This document shows, one piece after another, positions 11,700-23,474 of a DNA stretch of 64,000 nucleotides. Under the pieces are notes generated by a model. That model did not search any database. It was not told the DNA's origin and saw nothing but the letters and a program-made list of their open reading frames with translations. The stretch is from Neophaeotheca triangularis (taxonomy: Eukaryota). Where the stretch lies: the NCBI GenBank assembly GCA_054600435.1, contig BAAIJX010000002.1:1-64000 (forward strand), read 5' to 3'. The position numbers and the translations under genes were made by a program. Each line of letters starts with the position of its first letter. Position 1 is the stretch's first letter.

Positions 11700-13980
11700 C
11701 CTACTCGAAAGTAGTACTAAGCCTATTTAAGGCACTAGCCCTCCTACCTACCTTACTTAACCTATAAGCTTCTAGGACCTCCTTATAGACTAGTTCTACA
11801 TCTTTATGAAGACGAACCCTTAGTAAGTCACTAGCTAAAGAGCTAAGACGTTATATATAAAGTATCGCGAGCTCTTCTCAATTCTATAAGACACTATATA
11901 CCTACTAGAGTGGTTAGATAACTATTTACTTAAACGCTATATCTAAGGCGAGTTCATGAATAAGTACTCCTACCTACTAGTCGACTCCCTAAAGACTAGC
12001 TCTCTAGGGCCCTTAAGACGCCAAACTTCGCGACTAACTCGCTAGAGTACACTACGCTAAGTGTTTACTATAGTATAGGAAGGACCTAGCGAAGAGCTAT
12101 AACTACCTAAGATACCGAACTAATTAGTACCTTCTTTAGTAGGTCGGTAGCTTCTTAATGACCTTCTAGGCTGTTTCCCTAACTATGACGTTAAGGTTAA
12201 TACATAAGTCCTTAATAACCTCTATGTCCTAGAATAACAAGTCATTATCCTTAAGTAACATTCTACCTAAGACCCGGACCCTAACCTGAGTCTCTCTAAG
12301 TAAGAGGTCTACTCTAAGGAAGAGGTCTATGTCCCTAAATAAGACCTTACCTAAGACTCGGAATTAAGCGACTATATTCCTTAGGACCCGCTTTTTTATG
12401 TCTAAGGGCCCTAGTAGCTCCTAAGGCTAATAGAGCCTTTCCTAAGCCTACTACCTTAAGACCTAGAGACTTAATAATCTTCTAATCATTAGGCCCTAAC
12501 GACATCTACTATAGTAGACCGATATAGCTAAAGCGACGACACTAACAACATGGAGCCTTTTACTTAGGTATAGCTCACATTCATGAACGAAGTAATTACT
12601 TACGCTATAGTAACTATAAACGCCTCTCGTACCTATGATACCCCTCGTACCCACGACATCCTATACGAACAACACGACACTCTATATGAGCAACATAACA
12701 CTCCTTAGGAGATAGGAGCTATAGCTACTATAGCTACTATAGCTATAGCTACTTAGGACAGGTCTTTTATTAAAGACAGCGAGATTAGGTTCTTTAACCC
12801 TTTACTAGACGACACCTTTAGTACTTAAGACTTAGTTTATAACGGGAACTATATAGTCTTTTATAATGTTAGCCTCTTTATCGAAAAACTAAAGAATGTA
12901 TTAGTATACTATAGGTCCGAGAAGGTAAAAACCTGTATTCCCGGTCTACTCTAAGGTACTATCTTGATGTAGTATAATAGCGCCTTAGATAAGATTACTA
13001 AAACAGGCCTCTACTATAGCGGAATTGAACACTAGTATAAGACCCTAATAAGCTAATTCCGTAAACCTCTCGTAGAATCTCTAAGCCGCCTCTTGCGCGC
13101 GAAATACTCTTTATATAATACTACTAATAGATATTTAGTCTCGGAGTATATATACGACATCTAACGTTACTATTATAATATAGGCTAGACTAAGGATTAC
13201 ATACACCTAACCTATACATTCGTAGGATTAGACCTAATCCTATAGAACGGTCTGTCTATCCTTATAGCCTTAGACATAGTCCTAGGTTTCGTCTTTAATA
13301 TAGAGTAATGTCGCGACACTTAGGAGTCTTTAGCTAAGTCTTAGCTCTAGGGTAGTCCTAACTACTCTACTAATCGAGGTAATTACTAGTAGTATAGTAA
13401 CTAGTACTAGTAGAATTAGACGACTAACTATAGCCGTCGAACTGATAACGCCTAGCGACAAGATGCCCTATAGTAGCTAGGGTACTCCGCCTAGTAGTAG
13501 TAGGGGTATCGAGGCTACCGCGCTAATAACCGAGAACCTAATAAGACCTACCTTACTATTACTAATAGTAAGGCTAAACCTAATCGTTACTTAAGTAGGC
13601 CCTCCTCGTAGCTATAAGGTAAAACACTACTACGTCTATTCTAGTAGAGGTAAACCTTCTACATAAACCAAGTTAGCGTAGAAGGTAAAGGAGATAGGAG
13701 CGAAGTAGACGATGAATACGAAGATGTATTTAACGTTAACTAAGATATGGAGGAGGAAGCTTTCGATGATAACGATGTTAGTAACATCGACATTAATGTC
13801 GGGAATATCTAGCTTATATATACACTAGAGAGTACCTACGCGTATACGACATACCGCCTCTCTTTTAGCTCTCGGAACAAGCTACATGATCACCTTAAGG
13901 AAAACTATACCTCTAAGACGCTAGGGGGTAAGCAGCTACTAGATCCGAAAAGCAAAAGGCCTTACTAGACCTAATATTAC
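11700..13980 (+). pseudogene. gag: RIP-mutated gag with a C-terminal C2H2-type zinc finger (boundaries approximate)
   Basis: One frame interrupted by TAA/TAG. EI(G)FF(D)P...VFxNVxLFIEKL at ~12781. (C)TT(C)RLSFSSRNKLHDHLKE at ~13843-13905, with the Cys codons converted to TAT/TAC. Confidence 0.75.
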
Positions 13981-13982
13981 TT

Positions 13983-16900
13983 TAGTACGCTACTATTAAT
14001 GTATCCTTTAGACCTAGTAGTGCTGTTATTCGTGCCTACCTAGACTCTAGTATACTAATACCGCTTATAGATAAACATTTACTAGTACGGTATTACTCTA
14101 AGGCCTCTATCATAAGACGCCACTATAGCGCCTATATATGTAGAGTAGGAGGAAAGATCAGCATCTACTATTACGTAGTAGACCTCACCTTATATAGCGA
14201 AAACAACACTAGCTTCCCATTACAACTATACCTTATAGACGAGCTCTATATAGGTTTATTAATTGACATCGTAACATTCTATCGATAAGACTTCATTTTA
14301 GACTTTAAGTACATGTTCTTATACATGAAAACTAGTTCTACTCTTATATATATTTAACGCGAACTACCTTCTTTCGATAAAACTAGCCTACCTAGGTATA
14401 GGATTTTATCCTCTAACTTGACATATATCGACATCGACCTATTATCCGTTTTAACCTACTATGTCGAGGTCTAGTAAGAGAAACGCCTTGAAGCTATAGT
14501 AGCGGACCTAGCGCGAGAGCATATTAGCCCGTATAGTACAACTATCTACGATTAGAGCTAAGACGCAGCTAAACGCATCCAAGTTTTGCTTAGGAGCTAT
14601 ACTGTCCTCTTTTAGGACGATAGTAAAATGGCGAACTTCCTAGAGACTAATTGGATGAAAATTCCCCTTGTTAGCGACTAGCGTGTCTCTAGCGTAAGAC
14701 TTGTATATAAGGTCTATAGTATAGGCCTAACTAACCGAGAATTGATCGACACGACCTTTAATAAGCTCTATAACTAGGGATGTTTAAGCTAGACAAAGGA
14801 AGGTACCCCGTTTGCTTCTCCTATCTTTATCGTCTCCTAATATGTCGACGGATTACGAAAGGGCTATGTAGTAGTAGACGTCTACGCCTTAAATAGCATT
14901 ATTATCACTAGCGTATACCCGCTACCGCTACAATTAGACATGACCTCTACATATATAGGTTGCTCATATATTTCTACTATTAACCTAACATCTTTCTTCT
15001 ACTAGTTTTAGGTCGCTCGCGCTAATAGACATAAGCTCACTATAGTGACCTACTAGGGGTAAGAGTCCTTTAACATTCCGATTATAGGACTTAAGACTTC
15101 GCCGCCTTATACTTAGTATAAGATCGACTCGATACTACGCGAATTTAGGTATAAAGGGTTCGTAAAGGCCTTTATAGATAATACCGTCGTTTTTAGTAAG
15201 ACCCTTAAAGACTACCTCTAGTATCTAGACTAAGTCTTCTACGCCTTTAAGGCTTATAACCTCACCGTTTCCCTAACTAAGTGTTTCCTTAGTTACCCTT
15301 TAATCAAGCTCCTAGGACAATGTGTCGATGTATTAGGCCTTAGCACATCGGAAGAAAAGATCGAAGCGATCCGCTCCTTATCCTTTCCTACGAACCTAAA
15401 GGACCTAGAGCACTACCTTAGTCTAACTAGCTAGCTATATACTTTTATCCGCAATTATGCCTACCTCGCGGAGCCACTATAAGAGCGTAAGACCTAAGGT
15501 CTTAAGCTCGTACCTACGTCTAGCTATGTAAGGTCTTCTTTCGTCGCCTAACATGAAATCAAACTAAATCCGGAACTTGTAATAGCTTTTTATACTCTTT
15601 AGACTACATTTATAAGACCTACTATACTCGTATACTATGACTAGAACCGGCCACTATACATGTATATCGACGCCTTAAAGAAGAAAGGTTTTAGTATAAT
15701 AGTCTACTATGTTAAAGGCGACCCTAAGACAGACAACCCCTTAAAAGCGAAGACGTAACTAGTGCTTTTCCTCTCCAAGACGCTATCCCCTATAATATAA
15801 CAGTACTAGCTAACGGAGTTAGAAGTTGCCTACCTCATATAGATAGTCCATCGAGTTAGGTAGATAATTAAGGCCAGCTTAAAAGCCGTAATTATTTTAA
15901 CGGACCATGCCGCTACTATAGGAATTGTGACCTAGACATCATTAGCGTCTAGCTTAGTAGATAAGCTAAACAATCGCTTAATAAGGTCTTCTTAGTACCT
16001 CTCCTAGTTTCTAAACCTATGAATCATTTACCGTCCTAGTAGAGAGTATACTATTCTAGATGCCTTATCGAGGTTACTATTAGGTCTTGATAAGACTATC
16101 TAAGCCGATAAGGACATCCTAGAGGAGCTCCTCCTCTCCTCTTATGTAACAACCTTAGTTAAAATTGACCCTATCTTTAAGATATAGCTCATCTCCTAAT
16201 GTCGATTAGATAAGTACTTCGGTAGTGTTTACGTACTAGCCTAGACCGCCGAACCGGGAACAATAAGTTTTACCCTTAACGATAGCCTTTTATAGCATTC
16301 CTTAGACGAGGGTTATAGACTCTATATCCTAAAGTCGCTTCAAGGCGACATTTTCTAGGTAGTGTATGATGAGTAGTTCTATATTAGTTACTAAAGGATG
16401 TACACTAGACTTTAAGAGAAGTACTACATTTAGAAGTTAGCTAACCGCCTCCGTCGTTATGTTAGACATTACGAGGAGTATAACTAGACATAAACGAAAC
16501 GGCATAGACCCTATGGCTTAAGTTACTTACTATAGACTCTACCCTTACCGTTTCACACAATTATGATTAATTTCATCATAGGGCTCCTAGTAATCATAGA
16601 CTAGGCGAATTTAATCTTAACCGTAACCTACAAGTTCTTAAAGCGAGTGCTTTTAATCCTAGGCTTCGACAACCTCTTAGCTAATACATAGGCTTATAGG
16701 CTTCTCGACGCCTTACTATAAGCTGACTAGGGCATCCCCTCTTACTTAATCTCTAACTACGACCCGAAATTCACTTCTTAAGTCTAGCGAACACTCTTTA
16801 TAAGACTTAGGGTTAAGCTACTATTAACTACTATATACTATCTCTAGACAGATAGGCAATCTAAGAGAAGTAACTAGATAGTAGAAGTTGCCTTATACTA

Positions 16901-17640
16901 CTACCTACTCAAGTATCTAGATAGGGAACTCGAGTAGGAATATATACTACCTAAGCTTCAATTCGTCCTTAATAACTCTATCTCCGCGATAATAGGTAAG
17001 ACCCTAAACGAGTTATGTTATAGGTTTCGCCTATATGAGGCTTTAGACCTTATAGCTCCTAGAATAGACATCGACCTTATCGATATAAGACGAATCGCGC
17101 GATAAGAGGCTTAAGACGCCATTAGTTATACCTAATCCTAAATAAAGTCGCATTTCGATACGAATCATAAGGATTAGAAGCCTACCATTAGCTAATAGGT
17201 TTTCCTCTAGTTAGATCACTATAACATACTAGGAGTTAAAAACTAAAAGCTCTCTTAATAACACGTCGGACCTTACTAGATAAAGCGTATTATAGATAGC
17301 GGCCTTATATGCGAACTCGCATTACTAGCCTATTAGAAGATCTACCTAACTATGTCTATAACCGAACTTGAGCTAGCCCTAGATAGTAATGACCCTTTTA
17401 AGAGATAGAGACGCCCTATAGAAAAGGTTAAGACCCTAGTTTAAGAGGGCTTTCCCTACCTTAAGAAACTATTAGACTTATGTATACGAAAGATCGGTTA
17501 TAGGAGATAAGAGATACTCGAGCTCCTTATTAGGTAGAAAGGCTAAGATATAGGTTACGATTCATGGGAACGTAACGACACCTTACTACCTAATATAGTA
17601 AAAGCCTTCTAGTATATATAAGGGAAAAAGGGACTCTACT
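13983..17640 (+). pseudogene. pol: RIP-mutated pol (PR-RT-RNaseH-IN-chromodomain)
   Basis: Motifs: A(C)LDS(G) protease ~14034; NWMKIPL 14649; YPLPLQ ~14915; F(I/V)D(D)TVVFSKT 15171; YIDA(S)KKKGF(G) ~15663; Y(W)(P)TELEVA; FHTIMI(D)FIIGL(P) ~16551; IS(D)xDPKFTS; chromodomain LLIR(W)KG...YDSWE ~17523-17570. Protease, RT and chromodomain motifs checked to be in the same frame. Confidence 0.92.
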
Positions 17641-17890
17641 AAGTCCTTACTTCTAACTCCTTACTCGTAGTCCTTACTAGGGACTTACATGTTTATGTAG
17701 CTAAGTATATATATTATAAACCTTAATTTTCTACCTATATCTTTAGCTCCTTACTACCGTAACACTTACTAACTACAACCTACTACTAACTACTTTCGAC
17801 TCTTCTATTTCTTCCTTACCTAACCTTCTTTAATACTATTACTACCTTCCTACTATACTAGCCTATCACTTCATCATAATAGCTTACCTC

Positions 17891-19447
17891 ATGATGTCTA
17901 GTATTAACTCTAACTAGACCTCTAGTAGCGCGTACCTAGACGGCTCTACTAAGCCTACCTTTACTACCGACACTAGTAAGTCGAACTAGACTACTAAAAG
18001 TACCCCTTAAGATAGTTCCTTAAAGGCTACTTTTACTACTATCGCGAAACCTAGTTTCACTTCTAACTTCCCTAGTTATGCTAAAGGCATCCTAGGTTTC
18101 ATCCTAGGCTTTAGACCTACTAGTACTAACAACATACCCGACACTACTACTAGCGAGTCTACTAGTACTAATAAGATGCCTAACACTACTACTAGCGAGT
18201 CTACTATTACTAATAAGACGATCGTCGCTACTACTAAGGCGATACTAAGTAAGAATAAGACCTAGGCTATCCCTAACAGGTTTATAGACGACTACAACAT
18301 TCTCATAGAGGCCTTATAAACTACCCCTAAGAAGACTTCTAAGCTTAAGACTAGAGGTAGCGCGAACAATACTAAGACCTAGGCTATAGTAGAGAAAACC
18401 CTATATGAGATCCTAGCGTATAAGGCTACTACCTATATGAGGTTCGATACTAATAATGCCTTCGTCGCCTAGACTTCCTACGAAGTCTTAGCTAAGATTG
18501 ATTAGGATAATGAAGACTAGCTTAAGACTACTAGCAAATCTTCTACCCCCTAGGCTAATAAAGTAGCTTTCTAGAAGAAATTTAGTACTAACGATACCTT
18601 CGCTACCTAGGCTACTCGCATAATTATGGCTAAGATTAATATAGATAGTAGAGACTTTATAGAGCGTATTGTCGTAGTCGCTAAGGCCTAGGAACTAGAC
18701 ACCCCGTCCTTAACATAGGAGTCCCCCTCTAACGAAAAGGACCTCTATAAGAAGCTAAAGTTAGTCTCCAAGATGCCCTAAGCTAACCTGATCTGCTAAT
18801 CCTAGTAGGATGACACTAATAAGGGCCCCTATTAGGACAAAAACATAGACGAGGCTATTACCGCTAATAAGGACACTCTATATACTATCGCGAGCTAGTA
18901 ATCTAGCTATGAAGACTTAGTTATCTACGACATAAAGCTAAAGTCGCTTATTAGCTCCTAAGTTAAGCGCGACCTCCTTACTACATAGAATAACATTAGC
19001 GCTACCTTACTTAATAAGGGCACTATCGCTAACAAGCTACACTCCCTCTTTATAAAGGATAACGCGCCCTACCTAATCCCTTTTATCGCGAATAAGGTTG
19101 AACTTAGGCGCATTATAGTTTTAGGTTATGCCTAGGCTACTAGTAACCCTACTATCCTAAAGAAGTCTACGTCGAAGGAGGCCACTAAGGCGATAAAGAT
19201 AAAGAAGAACGCCGATTTAGCTAAAGACTAAGACGCTACTCTATAGGAAGCTTTAAACGAAACTGCTACTATAGCTACTACTACGACCCTAAAGAAGTAT
19301 AAGGCTACGGGTAAGGCCTCTTCTAAGGTAACTAAGACCCTAAAGCTTATAGTTACTCCTAAGAAGGAAGATAGTAGCGATAAGGAGGAAGATAGGGACG
19401 AAGATAACGATGAGCTAACCTAGCTAGCTAAAGACTAAAGCTTTTAA
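17891..19447 (+). pseudogene. RIP-masked additional ORF (ORF3) of the retrotransposon, ~519 codons, function unknown
   Basis: Starts ATGATG at 17891. The frame is interrupted only by TAG/TAA. It contains an in-frame 42-nt tandem duplication, a 46-codon-spaced protein repeat, and a Lys-rich then acidic C-terminus. Confidence 0.7.
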
Positions 19448-19611
19448 GCTTAGGTCTTATCTAACATATCTACCCCTTCGAGCTTAAAGATCTAGATCTT
19501 AGCTTAAATACTTACCTAACTATAGTAGCTTTTCAGCTTATACGATAGTAGGAGTTTTGTTTTAGGTAGCGACTACTTAAGGGCATATGCGGTCTTTCAT
19601 GACCCCCCCTC

Positions 19612-19758
19612 TAATGTAGAAGGCGTCGAGGGGACGTCACGTGACCCCGTGACGTGGTACTAGGCCTAGGCCCGTGCATGTATGCATCACCACCTTTCTT
19701 TAGCTAGCCTTCTATAGACATCTTCTATGGGACACACATTTATGACACTTGTACATCA
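19612..19758 (+). repeat. 3' LTR (147 bp)
   Basis: Direct repeat of 11437..11583; ends CATCA, followed by TSD GTCGG. Confidence 0.96.
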
Positions 19759-19973
19759 GTCGGTAGTTGAATGTGGGGTGAAGCTGAGGGGGTGGATCTC
19801 GGCAGTTGGTTTGACATGGTCCCACAGCCTCACAATTGACACCTTATCCTTTTGTAAAACCGAAGCTGTAGTTCCATGTAAAGGCCGTCAATTTCTTGGG
19901 TCAGCTAATCACTGAGAGCCGACCTGTTGTCACAGATTGCTGGTCCTCCGCAAGCCTCCCTTCACGCCAGTCC

Positions 19974-21113
19974 CTACACCTCGGTCCTCGCCTCCTCCCC
20001 AGCCCATGCCCTCCGAATACACTCCTCTAAAGGCACCCTTTCAATAGCCCTGGGGTTTGCATAAGGCCTCTCGACCGCCAATTCTGCTACCTTTCCTATA
20101 TCCTCCTCTCGCAACCCCAGACTACGCAGACTTCTTTCGACTCCCAACTTCCCAATCAATACGTTTAGCCCCCTAATAGCATCACCCTGACTCTCAGGCA
20201 ACACTGCCGCAAGCTTAGCCATTACTTCTGGTACAGCAGGCGCATTATAGGCAAGCGCGTGCGAGAGAACAATTGTGTGGGTCTCGGCGTGGGGGAGGTT
20301 AAAGCTGCCACCGAGAGTGTGGCAGAGCTTGTGATGGAGGGACATGCTTACGCTTCCTAAGCAGGTCGCGCAGAGGTAGGCGCCATATTGTACTTTGCTT
20401 CGAGCGGGGACGTCGTTGGGGGAGGCAACTAAGGTTGGGAGTGAGGTGGCGAGGGCGCGGATGCCTTCTAGGGCGAGGAGATCTGTGATTGGGCTTGCTT
20501 GTTGGGCATAGAGTGCTTCGACTGGATGGCGTTTCGTTAAATATTCATCCGTTGGTTTAGTGTGCCGGTGTCACTTACTGGCATGGGCGAGGGCGTTGAT
20601 CCCGCTGCAGGCGCTTAGTTTGACCGGAAGGCTCATGGTCAAGTCGACGTCCAAAATAACTGTCGCTGGGAAGATCTTCGGATCACTTCTCGTGACTTTT
20701 TTGCCATCCTTCGTCTCGCCCAAGATTGAAGTCATCTCGCTTCCAGAGTACGTAGTCGGGATGCAGATGTGCGGCGAGCCAGTCCTGATGCTAATCGCCT
20801 TGCCCAGTCCGACAGTAGATCCACCCCCAATGCTCACCACGCAATCGGCATGGCATGCCTCGGCGTACGTGAGTGCTTTGGTGGTGATGTGGGTTGGCGT
20901 GTGCATTGTGGCTTCCGTGAAGAGGCCAGCATGTTCGATGGACTGGCCTTTCAAGACTGCAAGGAGAGACCTGGCTTGCTCAATTTGATGGGGCCCAGTG
21001 AGTATCAAAGGCCTTGATACGTCTAGTCTCTTGATCTCCTCTGGTAGTTTTTGAATGCATCCCTGTCCAAAGACCACGCGGACTGGGTTGGGCATGTACT
21101 CGAACGGATCCAT
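19974..21113 (-). CDS. Maleylacetate reductase (iron-containing alcohol dehydrogenase family)
   Basis: MDPFEY..NPVRVVFGQG, IGGGSTVGLGKAI, IPTTYSGSEMT, SGINALAHA|IEALYA (intron 20578..20522), MSLHHKLCHTLGGSFNLPHAETH, PYANPR. Confidence 0.92.
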
Positions 21114-21723
21114 GCTTTGATGCGATGGGTGAAAGATATTTAATCGTGCAAACCTACCGAATGACTGCAAATGGATGAAAAGGATGAGATTCGTCTAGTC
21201 TTTCTTGCATACCAGGGCGATGATAAGCTGCAGTTGGACAAAGTGGAGAGCTGGAATCGGGCTTGGTTGTAGGTAGAATGAGTGACCATTCTTTGCCTTT
21301 TGTAGATATGGCACGTGGTGATGGTATTGGAGACATCACGTTATTTAAACAGGCTGTGAATCGACATCGTCTTCTATTGCTGAAATTAGAAAAGAGGCAC
21401 GCATTAGAAAGAAGAAGAAGCCTAAAGGGATATAGTTAGAGGAAGCGTGGAAGAGTTTGGGTAAGACAAGCTGACCCAATGGCATGCCAAGGCTGTTATC
21501 GATAAGATTTCGACTACATACCATACCAACTGAAGTTGGAGCTCGAATGTTCAAGCCCTCCAAAGAACATACCTGCGTACCTATTGATTCCAGGACCCTA
21601 CAGTTTCCCTGCGCTCAAAGCCTTCTCCAGCTCGAGGGAATATCCCAAATACCTACAAGCCGCAGAAAGCGGTGAAGCTTTCGACATCAACATTCACCTA
21701 GCATAAAGCCGAGCTAAGACAGC

Positions 21724-23474
21724 ATGGCGGACCAGAAGACCGGCGTGACCCAAAGCGCAGACGCGAAGCTCTCCAGCGACGTGGCAAATCTTTCCCTCAA
21801 GGACCCAAAGGCCACTTCGGAGGTAGCAGACGACATGGCTGAGGGTAACGAGGAGGAGGGGGATGAAGAGGACGAGCCAGCCACGGCAGGAGCAGAAGGC
21901 TCGACGAAGGCCAAGAAGAAGCGCAAGCCCAAGAAGAAGAAGGCTGCAGGCTCGTCGTCTGAAGAGGGTGCGCAGTCGCAAGTCCAGCAAGCACTTGCCG
22001 ACTCTGGTGCCACAAAGAATCCGGTGTCATCCCAGGATATCCAGTCTCTTCTCGCTCAGCTTGGGGTTGAGAATGCGGGCAAGAAAGAAGGCAAATCGCC
22101 AGAGGAGTACAAGTTCTGGAATACTCAGCCCGTCCCCAAGATGAAGGAGCCGAATCTTCTCCAAACCACCGAGGGAGCAGACGGAGAGTCTTTGCCTGAG
22201 GGAGCCATCCTGCCAGACCACGTCTGCAAGGCTGCCGCCAAGCCTGAGCCAGAGAAGTTGGTTGAAGGCTTCGAGTGGGACCTGGTCGACATCGACAACA
22301 AAGACGAACTACAGGAACTGTGGGACTTGCTCTACAACCACTACGTCGAGGACACGGAAGGCTCGTTCAGGTTTAACTATTCCAAGAAATTCTTGGCCTG
22401 GGCCTTGAAACCTCCAGGTTGGACCAAAGAATGGCACATCGGCGTCCGCACCAAGTCGAAAGACGACGGCAAAAAAGGCAAGCTTGTTGCCTTCATCTCC
22501 GCCATTCCTGTCGAGCTCAAAGTCCGAGGCGCTACGCTCAAAGCAAGCGAAGTCAACTTCCTCACCATCCACCGCAAACTCCGTAGCAAGCGTCTAGCCC
22601 CGGTCTTGATCAAAGAGGTCACCCGCAAATGTTTCCGCAACGGCATCTACCAAGCCCTCTACACTGCCGGCACACTTCTTCCCACCCCCGTCGCAACGTG
22701 CAAGTACTTCCACCGCTCTCTCGACTGGGAGCACCTCTACGCCACAGGCTTCAGCCACCTACCTCCCGGCTCAAACCCTACCCGCCAACGTATCAAGTAC
22801 AACCTTCCCTCCAAGACTTCCCTCAAAGGTCTCCGCCCGATGCGTGAAGCCGATATTCCTCAAGTGCAAAAACTCCTCACCCGCTACGTCGAGCGCTTCA
22901 GTATGCGCCAAGGCTTTAGCGAGGAGGAGCTCAAGCACTTGCTCTGCTCGCAAGCGGCTGAAGATGTTGTCTGGGCGTTTGTGGTTGAGGATGCCAAGGG
23001 CCAGATTACTGACTTCATCTCTTACTACTTGCTCGAGGTATGTCAAACCCGCCGTTCGCCCGCTCGAGCCATTAACCCACTAACACCCTTCCCCTCCCAC
23101 AGTCCACCGTCCTCAAATCCCAAAAGGTCGAAACCATCCGCGCCGCTTACCTCTACTACTACGCCAGCAGCGCCGCCTTCGACCCCGCAACAACCAAGGA
23201 CCCCACTTCCACCACCTCACCCCTAGCCCTCCGACTCCGTGAACTCGTCCACGACGTTCTGGTGCTAGCCAAAAAAGACAATTTCCATGTCTTCAATGCT
23301 CTCACGCTGCTGGATAACCCGCTGTTCTTGAAGGACCAGAAGTTTGAGATGGGTGATGGGAAGTTGCGATTTTATCTTTATAATTGGCGGACTGGGCCTA
23401 TGGCTAGTGGGGTGGGTAAGGCAGGGGAGGCGAGTCCAAAGGATATGGGTGGCGTGGGAGTTGTTATGTTGTAG
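21724..23474 (+). CDS. NMT1: Glycylpeptide N-tetradecanoyltransferase (N-myristoyltransferase)
   Basis: YKFWNTQPVP, LLYNHYVED, EVNFLTIHRKLRSKRLAPVLIKEVTR. Intron 23038..23102 restores STVL...IRAAYLYYY. FNALTLLDN; C-terminal GVGVVML. Confidence 0.96.

Larger units (their letters stand above)
11437..19758 (+). mobile_element. Full-length RIP-inactivated Ty3/Gypsy LTR retrotransposon (chromovirus), 8322 bp
   Basis: Two 147-bp direct repeats with TGATG...CATCA termini. 5-bp TSD GTCGG at 11432-11436 and 19759-19763. Interior is AT/TpA-rich with no long ORFs, but carries degenerate gag, protease, RT, RNase H, integrase and chromodomain motifs in Gypsy order. Confidence 0.97.

Noticed and set aside
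12713..12753. Short tandem (ATAGCTACT)-like repeat inside the retroelement
   Set aside because: Most simply a RIP-mutated Ala-rich codon run in gag, not an independent element.
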